DNA from: Adineta vaga
Lineage: Eukaryota > Animalia > Rotifera
DNA: 64,000 bases
Reading direction: 5' to 3'
Assembly (NCBI GenBank): GCA_021613535.1
Contig: CP075492.1
Span: 4,402,001-4,466,000 of the forward strand
A program made the position numbers and the translations under genes. Positions within the stretch are counted from its first letter, which is position 1, and every line of letters begins with the position of its first letter. The notes beneath the pieces are model-generated. The model searched no databases, was not told the origin of the DNA, and was given only the letters and a program-made list of their open reading frames with translations. Of the stretch, positions 1 to 11,246 are shown piece after piece.

Positions 1-1
1 T

Positions 2-2140
2 TTGATAGTTGGTTATTGCTGTTAAATATTCATTTCTTTCCTCATAAATCGTACCGATGTTATCGTAAGAAATAGCTAAATCGAAATGATCTTTAGGAAG
101 AAGTTTTAGATTAATATCAAGTGCTTTTCCATAGTAATAAAGTGCTTTGGAATAACAGCCAGTATTTCGATATAATCTTCCCATAGTTTGATAAGTTGAA
201 CATAATGAAGGATGATCTGATGGAAGAATTTCTTCATTCACTTTTTGTTCTTTTTCATAGAAGGATAATGCCTTTATAGAATCATCTATTTTTTCATAGA
301 TCAGACCAATATTATGGTAGCAAAATGTCCATTTAGAATAATTATAAGGAAGAATATGTTCAGAGATTTTCAATGCTTTTTCATATGAAGTGATCGCTTC
401 AATATTTTGATCCATTTTGTCATATATTCGACCGAGACTGATATAACAAGCAGATAAATCAGATTCTTTTCCAACATGAGATGATTCTTGACAAGTTTTT
501 AATAATTTTTGATAAAATAAAAGAGCATTGGGATAATCATTCATTTTGAAATATATATTACCAATCTTATTGTATGAATTTAATAGATACGAATGTTCAG
601 ATGAAAGCGTATCTTTATAGATATGAAGTGCTTCTGTATATTGTTCTAACTTTTGAATCTCAGAAGGATGAACTTCTTCATCCAAATCATAAATTTTGGT
701 AGTTATTTGAGAAGAGATAATGATATCTGGTGGATTCAAAGGATTCGGTTGTTGTAAGATTTCACGACTATCTTCAGGATCGATATCATCATTGTCGTTT
801 CCTTCATCTTCACACGAATATTCGTAGTAAACCGAATTAGATTTACGATCTGTTCTTGCATATTTTCTCGACTGTTCAGGTAAATATGATTCATGTTGTC
901 TTTTATTTTCATTTGTAGTCAATTTTGATATCATTGAATTTATCTGTTTAGCTTCATCATAGTGATCCATTTTAATTAAAAATGATCTCAATCGATACCA
1001 TTCTTTCAAGTTTGAGAATGTTTTCTCTTTCATATTCTTCATGAATGCATGATAAGCTTGATCTTTGTCATTAATTAATATCAAATTCACTTGAAATAAC
1101 CGTTGTTTATCATTCAATAATTTTATATCGACAATTCGAAAAACGGTATTGAGTGAAAACAGAATTTCATGTTCTGTTTGAGAGCAATTGGCAACGTCAA
1201 TAGAAGCAAACGGCATTGAAGAATTGCACGGATCAATTGTAATAAGGAAAAGAATACTAATTAAGTCAGAATTAAGACATAAACGATGAGCACAAATCAA
1301 AGCAACATTACGATTTTTACTCGCACAGAGAAAATTGTTAAACGACATCAGACCATTCTTGGTTTGCGTCATTTTGATGAAATCTGATTTAGGTAAACCG
1401 TGTGCATGATACACGATCAATTTTTCATCCGAAGAATAGTGGCGAAACTGTTCCGAATATAAATGTTCAATATGTCGATGCAGATCAACTATAAAAAAGC
1501 CGATTTTGATTATGAAATTGACATTCATCGATTGAATAGCACGATTGAGCATTGTATATAAGAATTTATTCGAAGTAAACCACCAACTTGACGTTTTACT
1601 ATAATAATTTTCTTGAAATTTCTTCAGCTGCATAAATTCATCTTGGTTTTTGTCGAATAGATGAGAAAAATCTTTAAGTTGTTCTGATTTAAAGTCGATA
1701 GTCAATAGAATTTCTCTTAGAATTTGCATACACATAAATATCGAATCAATTCTCTGGCCATTCAAAAAACTAATTGAAATATCGTCTTGTTTAGATGATA
1801 GAACAATCTGGTCATTCATCACATCAGTTGATGACATTTCCGATGAAATATGTTGAACTTTATTCCATTGTTGATAATCTTTATCGTCATTTGAAAGAAT
1901 AAATATTTTCTGAATTTGATCAATATCATGAATCAATGGAATGATATTTTCACAGAATATATCAGTTGATACTAAATAAACTTTTCCATCTATCATATTT
2001 GTAATAAAATCGACACATTGATCAACATTAGAAAATACATAAATACCATCGATGATATCTTTGAATTCAGATCGAATATTTTCATAATCTTTATTATTTT
2101 TCTCAATTCGATCATTTAACCAAACTAATAGAACATCCAT
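2..2140 (-). CDS. ADP-ribosyltransferase (ARTC-like) domain + TPR-repeat protein, 3'-partial (runs off window start)
   Basis: Minus-strand frame from ATG 2140 to the window edge, open in the segments I translated and absent from the ORF track, presumably for lack of a stop. N-terminus MDVLLVWLNDRIE...FSNVDQCVDFI...KVYLVST; ART-like core LIVYHAHG...GLMSFNNFLCAS...QTEHEILFSLNTVFRI; then ~42-aa TPRs (HPSLCSTYQTMGRLYRNTGCYSKALYYYGKALDI; DLAISYDNIGTIY). Confidence 0.85.
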   Translation of the reverse strand, partial: MDVLLVWLNDRIEKNNKDYENIRSEFKDIIDGIYVFSNVDQCVDFITNMIDGKVYLVSTDIFCENIIPLIHDIDQIQKIFILSNDDKDYQQWNKVQHISSEMSSTDVMNDQIVLSSKQDDISISFLNGQRIDSIFMCMQILREILLTIDFKSEQLKDFSHLFDKNQDEFMQLKKFQENYYSKTSSWWFTSNKFLYTMLNRAIQSMNVNFIIKIGFFIVDLHRHIEHLYSEQFRHYSSDEKLIVYHAHGLPKSDFIKMTQTKNGLMSFNNFLCASKNRNVALICAHRLCLNSDLISILFLITIDPCNSSMPFASIDVANCSQTEHEILFSLNTVFRIVDIKLLNDKQRLFQVNLILINDKDQAYHAFMKNMKEKTFSNLKEWYRLRSFLIKMDHYDEAKQINSMISKLTTNENKRQHESYLPEQSRKYARTDRKSNSVYYEYSCEDEGNDNDDIDPEDSREILQQPNPLNPPDIIISSQITTKIYDLDEEVHPSEIQKLEQYTEALHIYKDTLSSEHSYLLNSYNKIGNIYFKMNDYPNALLFYQKLLKTCQESSHVGKESDLSACYISLGRIYDKMDQNIEAITSYEKALKISEHILPYNYSKWTFCYHNIGLIYEKIDDSIKALSFYEKEQKVNEEILPSDHPSLCSTYQTMGRLYRNTGCYSKALYYYGKALDINLKLLPKDHFDLAISYDNIGTIYEERNEYLTAITNYQ

Positions 2141-2448
2141 CTGTTCATAAATGAATGTATCAGTCGTTTGATGATTTACAATAGATATTTATTTTGTTTG
2201 TTATTTATACAATGGTAGATTCTAATTGGAGTTACGCTTCATGAATCAGTTGATATCTATTCGTTCTATTCATCTTATTTTCTCTTGTTTATATTGATCA
2301 AACAAATGTTGAAATTTACCAATGAGCAATCGAATAAATTTATTTCGTGAAAAAAAGTTATATTAAAATCACTTGAATGAGAAAATGTTTCTTTTTTTAT
2401 ATACTGTTATTATGATATGCAGAAATATGAAAATAAATAAAACTGAAT

Positions 2449-3436
2449 TTATTGTTTATCAATAACTTCTCGTCGAAGTTTTGCAGCCATTGCTCTTCGT
2501 TTTTCTAATTCATCATTTGAAATGTCTTGTTCTTTTTCCATGGCTTTTCTTGCAACATTCGCAGCTGATTGTGGTCGTGTATTGATTGTTTCATTTTCTA
2601 ATTCTTGAGCACGTTCTTGACGTTGTTTATTAATAATTAAATCACGTTGTTGTTTAAGAAAATGTTGTCGTGATGACATCATTGATGCAACTGTTTCTGC
2701 ATTTGTTGAGGATGATGTTGTCGTACTTATTGTTAATTCACGTAATTTCTCGCGAAGTATATCTTCAGGAACAGAATCAATCGTTTCCGATTCCTTATTT
2801 ACCTAGAAAAAAAAATAAATGTAATATTTGATTGAAAATTCAATATGAACGAGGTACTTTTGGTTCGTTTGTTTGTCGGTTTCGATCGATGTTAACTTTA
2901 CGGTCTTCTTTTTGTTTTAAATTAGGTACAACTTTCGATGAGTTGTCTTTAATTGTTGGTCTATTGGATGCGGATGTTGCTTGTAAAACTAATTGTAAAA
3001 CTCGATCGTCATTTGCATCAGATGGTTTTAAAATTCCATGTTCTAATTGTAAATTGACCAATGCTTGTAATTGAAGAATTAAATTCTTTCTTTTCATCAT
3101 TTCCGTGAATAGATCAAAATCATCTATTGAATACAATTGTTCATACGAATCATCCATTGTTATTCCAGAATTTCTTTGATAAGTACTTTTCAAATCATTC
3201 TTATCAATGTTTATATCATCACTAAGACTTGTTATTAATGAATCAGCTAATACTTGGTATCGTTTATATATAGTCTTCTGTTCAATACGTAATGATGATG
3301 ATAGTTGATTATCATCATCATAATCAAAACAAGCACATTTTGTATCGATAAATGTTTGAATAGGTGCTGACCAAATTGAAGAATGAATAAAATCATGGAT
3401 GAGATCATTAATCCAATTTCCTTCACCTGAAGCCAT
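2449..3436 (-). CDS. CFAP36: Cilia- and flagella-associated protein 36 (CCDC104/BARTL1), BART domain; 2 exons
   Basis: N-terminal BART-like WINDLIHDFIHSSIWSAPIQTFIDTKCACF; FTEMMKRKNLILQLQAL; C-terminal RRAMAAKLRREVI. A GT-AG intron at ~2803-2857 joins the two ORFs in frame. Confidence 0.85.
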
Positions 3437-3678
3437 TTTGAAATATGTCGTCGTTAATTGTGTTTTTCTTTTCTACTACCATAGAAGATGAACATCAGTT
3501 GGAAACAACACTATATAGTTATCCAGAAGAAAAATGATTTTCTTAAAATATTAGCGACATCTATTGAGAAATATTTCTTCTCTATTTGAATTACATCGAA
3601 ATCTTCGAATCCAATGAAACATAAATCTAACTTGTGAATTGAAAAGAACGTGCTCGTTGAATAGTCTATCTAGTTGTT

Positions 3679-6189
3679 ATGTTACCAAAAGTTCGTCGAT
3701 TTATTAATAATAATAATTCTTATGCAACAAATCATCGATTAACATCATCACTCGATCGTTTAAGTCATAGTTCAAGTTCAGATGACGAAAATAATGGTAA
3801 GTTCAAATGATTCCATTTGTACAAAGCTTTTTCTTGTATTCAAATAGTTTATACACAAACTTTGTTATATATTGTACATGTCGATGATATTGAATCAACA
3901 ATGATTGATAAGCAGCAATCAAATAAAGTTATTCGAAGAATATCAAAACGAACAACAGCTAGTTTTAATGAACAACAAGAACTACCGCGAAATATTCATA
4001 CACCAAGACTACCACCATCGACACCGCCATCATTCAGTTTTTCCAATCCATTTCGGCGTTTAAATAGTGAGAAACAATATTCTATCATTTTCGTTTGATC
4101 ATTTTTCTTAATATAGATTTATTAAAAGCTGCTGATAAATCAAATCAATGTACATCAACACCCAATCTGAATGGTAAATACTTTTGAAAATAGTCATTCA
4201 TATCTTTCAATTATGTTTCATATCTAGTTACACCAATAGGCTCATCAAAAGCGAAAAAATCTTCGTTAAACAATCGATCTCGTTCACAAAATCAACAGAG
4301 TAATGACAAATTTCCTCCACCACCACCAGAATTTCTTTCTGATCATTCGATTCATGCAAACGATAAATATACAATGATTCGTATAAGTGGTCCCGGTATA
4401 AAAGATGGATATGTTGATGATCATTGTTATTTTGATCTAAATGCGTTCGATGTTGAATTACAAAAACTTGTTATTGCTATTGATGGTCCATCGAAAGCTG
4501 ATATTCAAATTCAAGTTGTCGAAACAGGAATCTATCGAGTTTATTATAAATGTCAATTACCTGGTATATCAAATATCATCTAAACAAAGGAATAATGTCT
4601 TTTTGTTTCAGGTAATTATCATCTTTCGTTAACGTATGATGGTCAACATATCGATCGGTCGCCTTATCATCTAATTTTACATACACGACCGTCTGAAGAA
4701 CAAGTTGTTCCACCTCCTAATATTCCAATTCGCGCTAAAATTGAGCCCGTAGAGTTTTGTGTAAGATTAACGTTTTCTTTTGAATAGGAATTTATTTCTA
4801 TATTAATTAGGTAAATACTCCATGTATAGTCAATGTTTGTCCAGAAGCACCATGTAGTGTCTTTCAAGCTTATATCCAAGCCCCAGAAGGAAATATCAAT
4901 TTACCCATCATAGTTCATAAATCAGCAAAATCAGGTAAATTCATTCGAAGAGTGAAACGAAGAAAAAAACTTAATAACTCTTCTTTTTTTCTTGATTTTA
5001 GAAAGTTATGAGATATATTTTATACCGCACACGTGTGGTAATCATTGGCTCAATGTCAATCTTAATCACACACCAATTATTGATAATCCTTATCGACTAG
5101 TAGTTCAATCATGTACTACTACGAAATCAATGTTGAACAGTAAAGAAGAACTCTTCCATGCTTTTTCTGGTGAGAACCGCTGCGATGGCCGAGTGGTTAA
5201 GGCGTTGGACTAGAAATCCAATGGGATCTTCCCGCGTAGGTTCGAATCCTACTCGTAGCGCTTGATTTATTCTTTTTGTGTTCAGAAAAAATGTTAATAG
5301 GAAAGAAAAAGCGGAAGGGAAGAAGCAAAAGGAAGAGGAAAAGAATCAACATATAGAATTCTGTCAATGTGCTTGTTTTCTTTCTAGGAGAATTGAGTCA
5401 ATTTTTTGTATCGAAATCACCTGCATCGAAAACAGGACAATTTTCTGTGGGTATTAGTGGACCATCGACAGTTTTTCTCGACGCAAATGAAACGGAATAT
5501 GGTTATGAAGTAAGAAAGTTTATTTTCTTGAAAGATTTCTGAATTTTGAATGAAATTCTTTCTTTAGTTTCATTATAAACCAATTCGACCTGGAAAATAT
5601 TTGATTGCAATGAAAACGGCTGGTAGACATATTCAAGGAAGTCCATTTCTTTGTCGTGTCTACGGTGAGTTTCAATCTTCAGAAAGAATATGTTCTCTTT
5701 TTACTAGAAAATAATTGTTTTAGATAAAATTAATGATCATCGAGTGAATAATTATAATACATTATTATCAAGTCCATCTAGATTACAACAATCGATCGGA
5801 CAGACTGATCTTGATACTCTTCGTTCGTCAATGACGGGTAAAGCTTCACAAATATGTGTTTTCGGTGCAGGTTTATACGAAGCGAAAAAACAACGAAAAA
5901 CAACATTCAAAATCGATGCCAGTCAAGCAGGTAAAAATATTGAAAATAATATCGTTCATTAACGATCTGTCTATTCTATTTAGGTCCTGGTTTACTTTCA
6001 GTTGGTCTTTATTCTCCTCTTGGTGTATGTGAACGTCTTGTAATTAAACGTATACTACCATCGTCACCTGGTTTTATTTACAAAGTATCTTATCGAGTAC
6101 GAACACGTGGTCAATATATGTTAACAATTGTTTATGGAGCCGATATGGAACATGTACCTGGAAGTCCTTATCTTGTGCTTGTTGAATAG
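3679..6189 (+). CDS. Short filamin-repeat (Ig-like) protein, ~4 repeats, low-complexity N-terminus, no CH domain seen; multi-exon
   Basis: Spliced translation gives filamin repeats: IRISGPGIKDG...IAIDGPSKADIQ...YRVYYKCQLPG; FHYKPIRPGKYLIAMKTAGRHIQGSPF; VFGAGLYEA...FKIDASQAGPG...EHVPGSPY; stop TAG 6187-6189. Start ATG 3679 inferred. Confidence 0.8.
5179..5260 (+). tRNA. tRNA-Ser(AGA)
   Basis: 82 nt: acceptor stem GCTGCGA/TCGTAGC plus discriminator G, D arm GCCGAGTGGTTAAGGC, anticodon arm TTGGA-CT-AGA-AA-TCCAA, long variable arm GGGATCTTCCC, T arm GTAGGTTCGAATCCTAC; T-runs downstream. Confidence 0.97.
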
Positions 6190-6536
6190 AACTGCTTAGA
6201 ATTTATGCATTTCACAGTCTTATTGTTATTTTGTTTTTTATTTGTATTGAGTGCGACTTATTTGTTTTTCATTTGAACGTTCTTTTGACTATAATGAAAC
6301 AGTGTGTATGTAGTTATGTATGTGTGAATTGCGAAAAAAAAGAAAAGGATCGAAGCAAAATAAATGAAAAAGTGAAAGAAAATAAAATTCTTCTGTTAGA
6401 AAAACAACGATTAAGAACAAACAAAAGAAAAAAATATTTCTCATGCATTTTAGTTGTTAAGTTTCAATAACGACAGTGTTGTAGTAAGTCAGTGAGCTTG
6501 AATAAGAGCAAAATATATTGTTTAGAATCAATTTCC

Positions 6537-6851
6537 ATGAGTAACTATAATCCTAAAACTCCGATGCAAACAGCAAGACCACCAATCGAACATTTCTATA
6601 CGAAATTTCAAGTCCATTATGCTGGTGATATCCATGAAATTGTTTTAAAAACGACAAAAGAACCAACATGTGGTGATTTAGCGAAAACTTTACAAAGCTC
6701 ATATCGTGTTCCAATGGACAAACAAATGGTATTTTATCGTGGTCAACCACTTCATCAACATAGTTCAGCGAATTATGAGCGTCCACTTTCAAAATATGGC
6801 ATGTTTTCGGGAAATTTAATTCGATTAACTGGTAGACGAGGATTAATTTAA
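6537..6851 (+). CDS. Small ubiquitin-like-domain protein (BAG1-UBL-like), single exon
   Basis: FQVHYAGDIHEIVL...PTCGDLAKTLQSSYRVPMDKQMVFYRGQPL...PLSKYGMFSGNLIRLTG fits the beta-grasp UBL pattern; no terminal GG. Confidence 0.7.
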   Translation: MSNYNPKTPMQTARPPIEHFYTKFQVHYAGDIHEIVLKTTKEPTCGDLAKTLQSSYRVPMDKQMVFYRGQPLHQHSSANYERPLSKYGMFSGNLIRLTGRRGLI

Positions 6852-6976
6852 TCGAATAAATACTTATTTTTATTCAGACAGAGAACAAAAAAAAACACCT
6901 TATTATCCCGGTTTTTTTTACGTTTGGAATGAAAATAAATAAATATGGAAGACAATGAAAATGAGAGATAGCCCTA

Positions 6977-7831
6977 TTATGTACGTAGACAAGTTGTCGA
7001 TGAGGAAGCATTCTCTGATGCAGACATTGCAACAGCTGTTGTATCACATTGTAATAAACGAGCAATCGATGGATCTGATTTAGCACCTATTTTTAATACA
7101 AATGATACAAAAGATTTTTTAGAAAAAAACGATCAATTACCTTGAATAAATTCTTCACGCGTTAATCTTCCGTCATGATCAGTATCGAATGTATTGAAAA
7201 TCTAACAAAATGAAATTCATAAGAACATGTTTTTCTTTACAAATTAATGATGTTTTTACTTTATCTGTGCGTTTTTCAGGTGTTGATTCATCTTCAGGCA
7301 TTTGCATGATGGTTCCAACCATTCGATAGATTGCCTAAAACAAAGATTAATAATTCAAAAATTCGAATTCTAACTTCGAATTTACAGTAACAATTTCCAA
7401 CATTTCATTTTTTGTTATAAATCCATCACCATTTGTATCATATAGACCGAATGCCCAATTTAATTTTTCTTCTAAATTTCCTTTAGATGTTATACTTAAT
7501 GCAGTAAGAAATTCTCGAAATGAGATCCGTTGATTACGATCAGCATCAAAACGTCGAAAAGCATGGTCAGCAAAGGCTGATGAGTCACCTGTTGGAAATA
7601 CCTGAGCATAGATTTTTTTAAATTCATCCGATGTTAATTGTCCACTTGGACAATCTTTATGAAAACATTTATACCAATCTTCTACAAATAAATAACGAAT
7701 AGAATACGATATTTAATGCTTGAAAAAGAAAAATATGATTTCATACGAATTTCAGCATCAGTAAAAGTAGTTAGATTACGATAATAATCAAGATCAGCTT
7801 GTCGAAGTTTACCAGCAGGTTTATTGCCCAT
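6977..7831 (-). CDS. Neuronal calcium sensor (neurocalcin/hippocalcin family), N-myristoylated EF-hand protein; 5 exons
   Basis: Spliced: MGNKPAGKL...[52 protein letters not shown]...[34 protein letters not shown]...[16 protein letters not shown]...GAKSDPSI. Missed by the ORF track. Confidence 0.93.
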
Positions 7832-8099
7832 TGGAAAAGAAAATAATTTACAAATTGATATTCATTTGTATCAAAATTGAAGTGCACCACAATCAGAAGA
7901 AATTGTCAAGTAAAAGAACGAACAAATGAAATGATAAGATTGTAGAATAGAGTGTACTCTATCTTAATATCCTATTGGTTGTTAATAGTATCCAGCCAAG
8001 ATAGTGTTTATTTTTTTTTCTATAGTGGCTTACAGAATGTGTACATATTCATAGAATTATATGTTCCCTAAATTCTTATTTTTCTAGATCTTTATTAAT

Positions 8100-8903
8100 A
8101 TGGTCGAAGATACGAAAGTAGATCAGAAGAATGAGTCAAACACTCCTCTTCTATCAGCTAAACTATCTTATCCGACACGTCCATATGTCGCTCAAATGCC
8201 TGCATTAATGCGTATTATTGGTCATTATACAGATGCTGGTCGACCGATGCCAGCAGCTGGTTCACCTGAAGCTGAAGCAGCACTTCGTAGTCAACAAGAA
8301 GATGAACAAGAACAACGACTTGTTTACAATCATGATACTCAACCAATCGAAAAAGTCAATCCATTTGTTCGTTGGCATAGACGATGGTATCGTAGTAAAG
8401 GTGTTGATCCATCACCAACAGTTGGTGTTTTCTATTCACCATTCAATATGGCTATTGAACCTTGGGCTATGGGTCTTGGTGATACTGGATGTGCAAAAAT
8501 CTTCAAACAATATCGTATGTGTACTCATATGGTTAGTCATAACAATTGAGTTTTATTAAATAATATCTATCCAATTCTATTCTGTATTTCTAGATGCCAA
8601 GTACTCAACGTTCTTTATGTGAAGATGAAAAAGCTGATGTTCAAGAATGTATACATGGACAGAAACGAGTAATTACAGATGTCAAACATTTCAATAATCT
8701 ATTTCATTCGGTTTTTTTTCTTCTATTCTAGTATCTTCGTCAACAATACATGTATCAACATCGGTGAATAAAATCCCCTTTTTTTAACTTGAATTCTCTT
8801 AAAATATATCTTTTTCCTTTGTAGTGTTAAGAAAAATCTACCATTTCCAGAAGAACCAATCATCGACGGTTACAATTGGCCTTCATTCAAATATTTGAAC
8901 TAA
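8100..8903 (+). CDS. NDUFS5: NADH dehydrogenase iron-sulfur protein 5 (15 kDa)-like twin CX9C protein with long N-terminal extension; 4 exons
   Basis: Spliced C-terminus CAKIFKQYRMC-THMMPSTQRSL-CEDEKADVQEC-IHGQKR has two CX9C motifs with NDUFS5-like context; stop TAA 8901-8903. Confidence 0.65.
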
Positions 8904-9082
8904 ACCATCTTTTCTCTTTTATTTTTCATTTTCACCCATCGTCCTTATTTTGTATTTAGTTTTTGTTTTCTCTTCTTTTCTCTTTCTCTCCATGAAATAA
9001 ACTACCAAAGTCCTTTTAATTGCTATCATTCAAACAATATTCTTCTTCTTCTTCTTCTTCTTCTTCATTCATAGAATAGAGA

Positions 9083-9966
9083 ATGGCATCATTAGTACTC
9101 AAACATCTAGTTCAACGAACATGTAATTTTACTCGATCTACTTTTCGATATGCATCTTCGTCTCCTACAGTTCAACGACACATTATCAAAGAAGATGGTA
9201 AAATTTCGTTATGAATGAATATTTCATTGATGATTTTGATAGATGTGATACGATCAAGAAAAGAAAATAATACAACGATGCTAACAGATGATCCATTGAA
9301 TCATGATGATTATTTCAATGTACGTTCAATGGTTACACTCGAAGATCTTTTCAAGTAGGTATGTTTGACATTTCTTCCTGATATATGATCATGCTTTTCC
9401 TTTTCTATAGAAATCGTGCACATTTTGGTCATGTCACTGGCATGAGAAATCCTTGGATGTCTCAATATATTTATGGTCATCGATTAGACGTAGATATTAT
9501 TGATTTAGACAAAACTTTACCAATGCTTCATTCAGCATTAAATTTTCTTGCTCATATTGCATATCGTCAAGGTATTGTTTTATTTCTCACACGATATCCA
9601 GCTCATGTACCATTGGTTGAACGTGCTGCACGTGATTGTGGTGAATATGCACATTGTCGAAAATGGGATTATCCATTTACTAATACTCAAGCATTATTTG
9701 GATATGATATTCGTCTTCCTGATGTATGTATATTTACTCATACATTAGCACCACCCAATCAACTTCATCCTGGCATTAGTGATTCGAATAAACTATTGAT
9801 ACCAACTGTGGCATTATGCGATACAGATTGTAATCCAAATATAATCACATATCCAATTCCAAGCAATGATGATACATTGAAATTAGTTGAATTCTATTTG
9901 ACATTATTTCAACAAGCCATAATGGCTGGAAAAGAAAAAAGACGTGAAAAAGACTCATCTAGTTAA
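9083..9966 (+). CDS. MRPS2: Mitochondrial ribosomal protein uS2m; 3 exons
   Basis: Presequence-like N-terminus; DYFNVRSMVTLEDLF, RAHFGH, DIIDLDKT, ALNFLAHIAYRQGIVLF, IPTVALCDTDCNPNIITYPIPSNDD. Confidence 0.93.
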
Positions 9967-10092
9967 AATAAAAATCATAGAAATAAAATACATCTTGAAG
10001 ATGCTGTTTTGCTTTATTAAGAAACTAATTCATCTATTAGATATATGTAAAAAGAGAAACGCTTGATTAATGATAGAAGAGACTAATTTGTC

Positions 10093-10890
10093 TATTTTCG
10101 AACAAACTTCACAACCACATTGTTTGAAACAGAATCTGCTACACGATTGAAAACTTCTTGTTCCAACGAAGAAATAAATGAATTGATATTTTTCAATAAT
10201 TGTCTTGCACCTAATTGTTTGACATCTTTTATAAAAACATTTTCGTACATGATCAATTATTCTTCTGTCTTTTCCTACATGAAAGCGAGAAAAGAACGAG
10301 AGATATTAAATATTTGATAAATTTTCGAATACTTATAGACAAAGAAAACTCAATATGATTTTCTCTCTCAAAATTCAGTTTTCGTCTTGAAAATCTTTTG
10401 TTAAAGAATGAAATGCAATAAATTTTTTATTCAAAAACAATAAATAAAAATCTCTACCTTCATTCATATACTGAGACACGTCAAGTAGCACGTAAATATC
10501 TACATTCGTTGTACTTTTGCTTTCCAACATATGATAAAAAATACCACAACATAGTCTGGTTGCTAAATCAGAGTCGTGATGTTTTAACTTGACACATTGT
10601 CGTACAACTAAGCAATAAATGTCATGATTACGACGAGGGAAGATAACATCGATTGATGTTCCATTTTTTCCGTATAAATTTCTTTTTCCTATTATTGACC
10701 ACGTCATCTTGATAAATTTCATGGATTTTGCAATACTATCCAATAATCCAGGATGATGGATCCTGGAAGCAGTATTCCGCTTATTTCCGGCGAAAACCTG
10801 CAGGATATCTATACTTTCCACGCTGGATACCATGGGAAAGTGCCTGGAATCCTGATGAAGAAGACGATAATCGTATCCGACTATCGGTTA
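10093..10890 (-). pseudogene. Possible decayed gene of unknown family
   Basis: A 152-aa ORF of elevated GC with a GT donor-like site, and a downstream coding-like segment (MYENVFIKDVKQLGARQLL...VRK*) preceded by an in-frame TAA; stops upstream. No family recognised. Confidence 0.25.
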
Positions 10891-11246
10891 TGGCAGGTTC
10901 TAGTTGGTTCTTAACAAAACCTGGGAAATCCTACTTTGATAAATCTTCATCGTTAACTATGCCTTTTTGGACTGATAATAACGATTTTGTAAATTTGTTT
11001 TTTAATCTTTTGGCTTGACCCGCTAATGATATATGCTTATCAATTTGAAGTATCTATAAATTGCAAATGATATGGTGTAAATAAAAAATTCTTCTGATTT
11101 CCTTCTCACATACATTCGTTAAAATATGTATTTGATTGAAAAACCAGAAAGCCCTATGGAACATATATGCAGTATAAATTGAACTATTATTTATTATTTT
11201 TTTAAAATGATCAACAACGACTAATCTAACATGTTTAAAGAACAAT

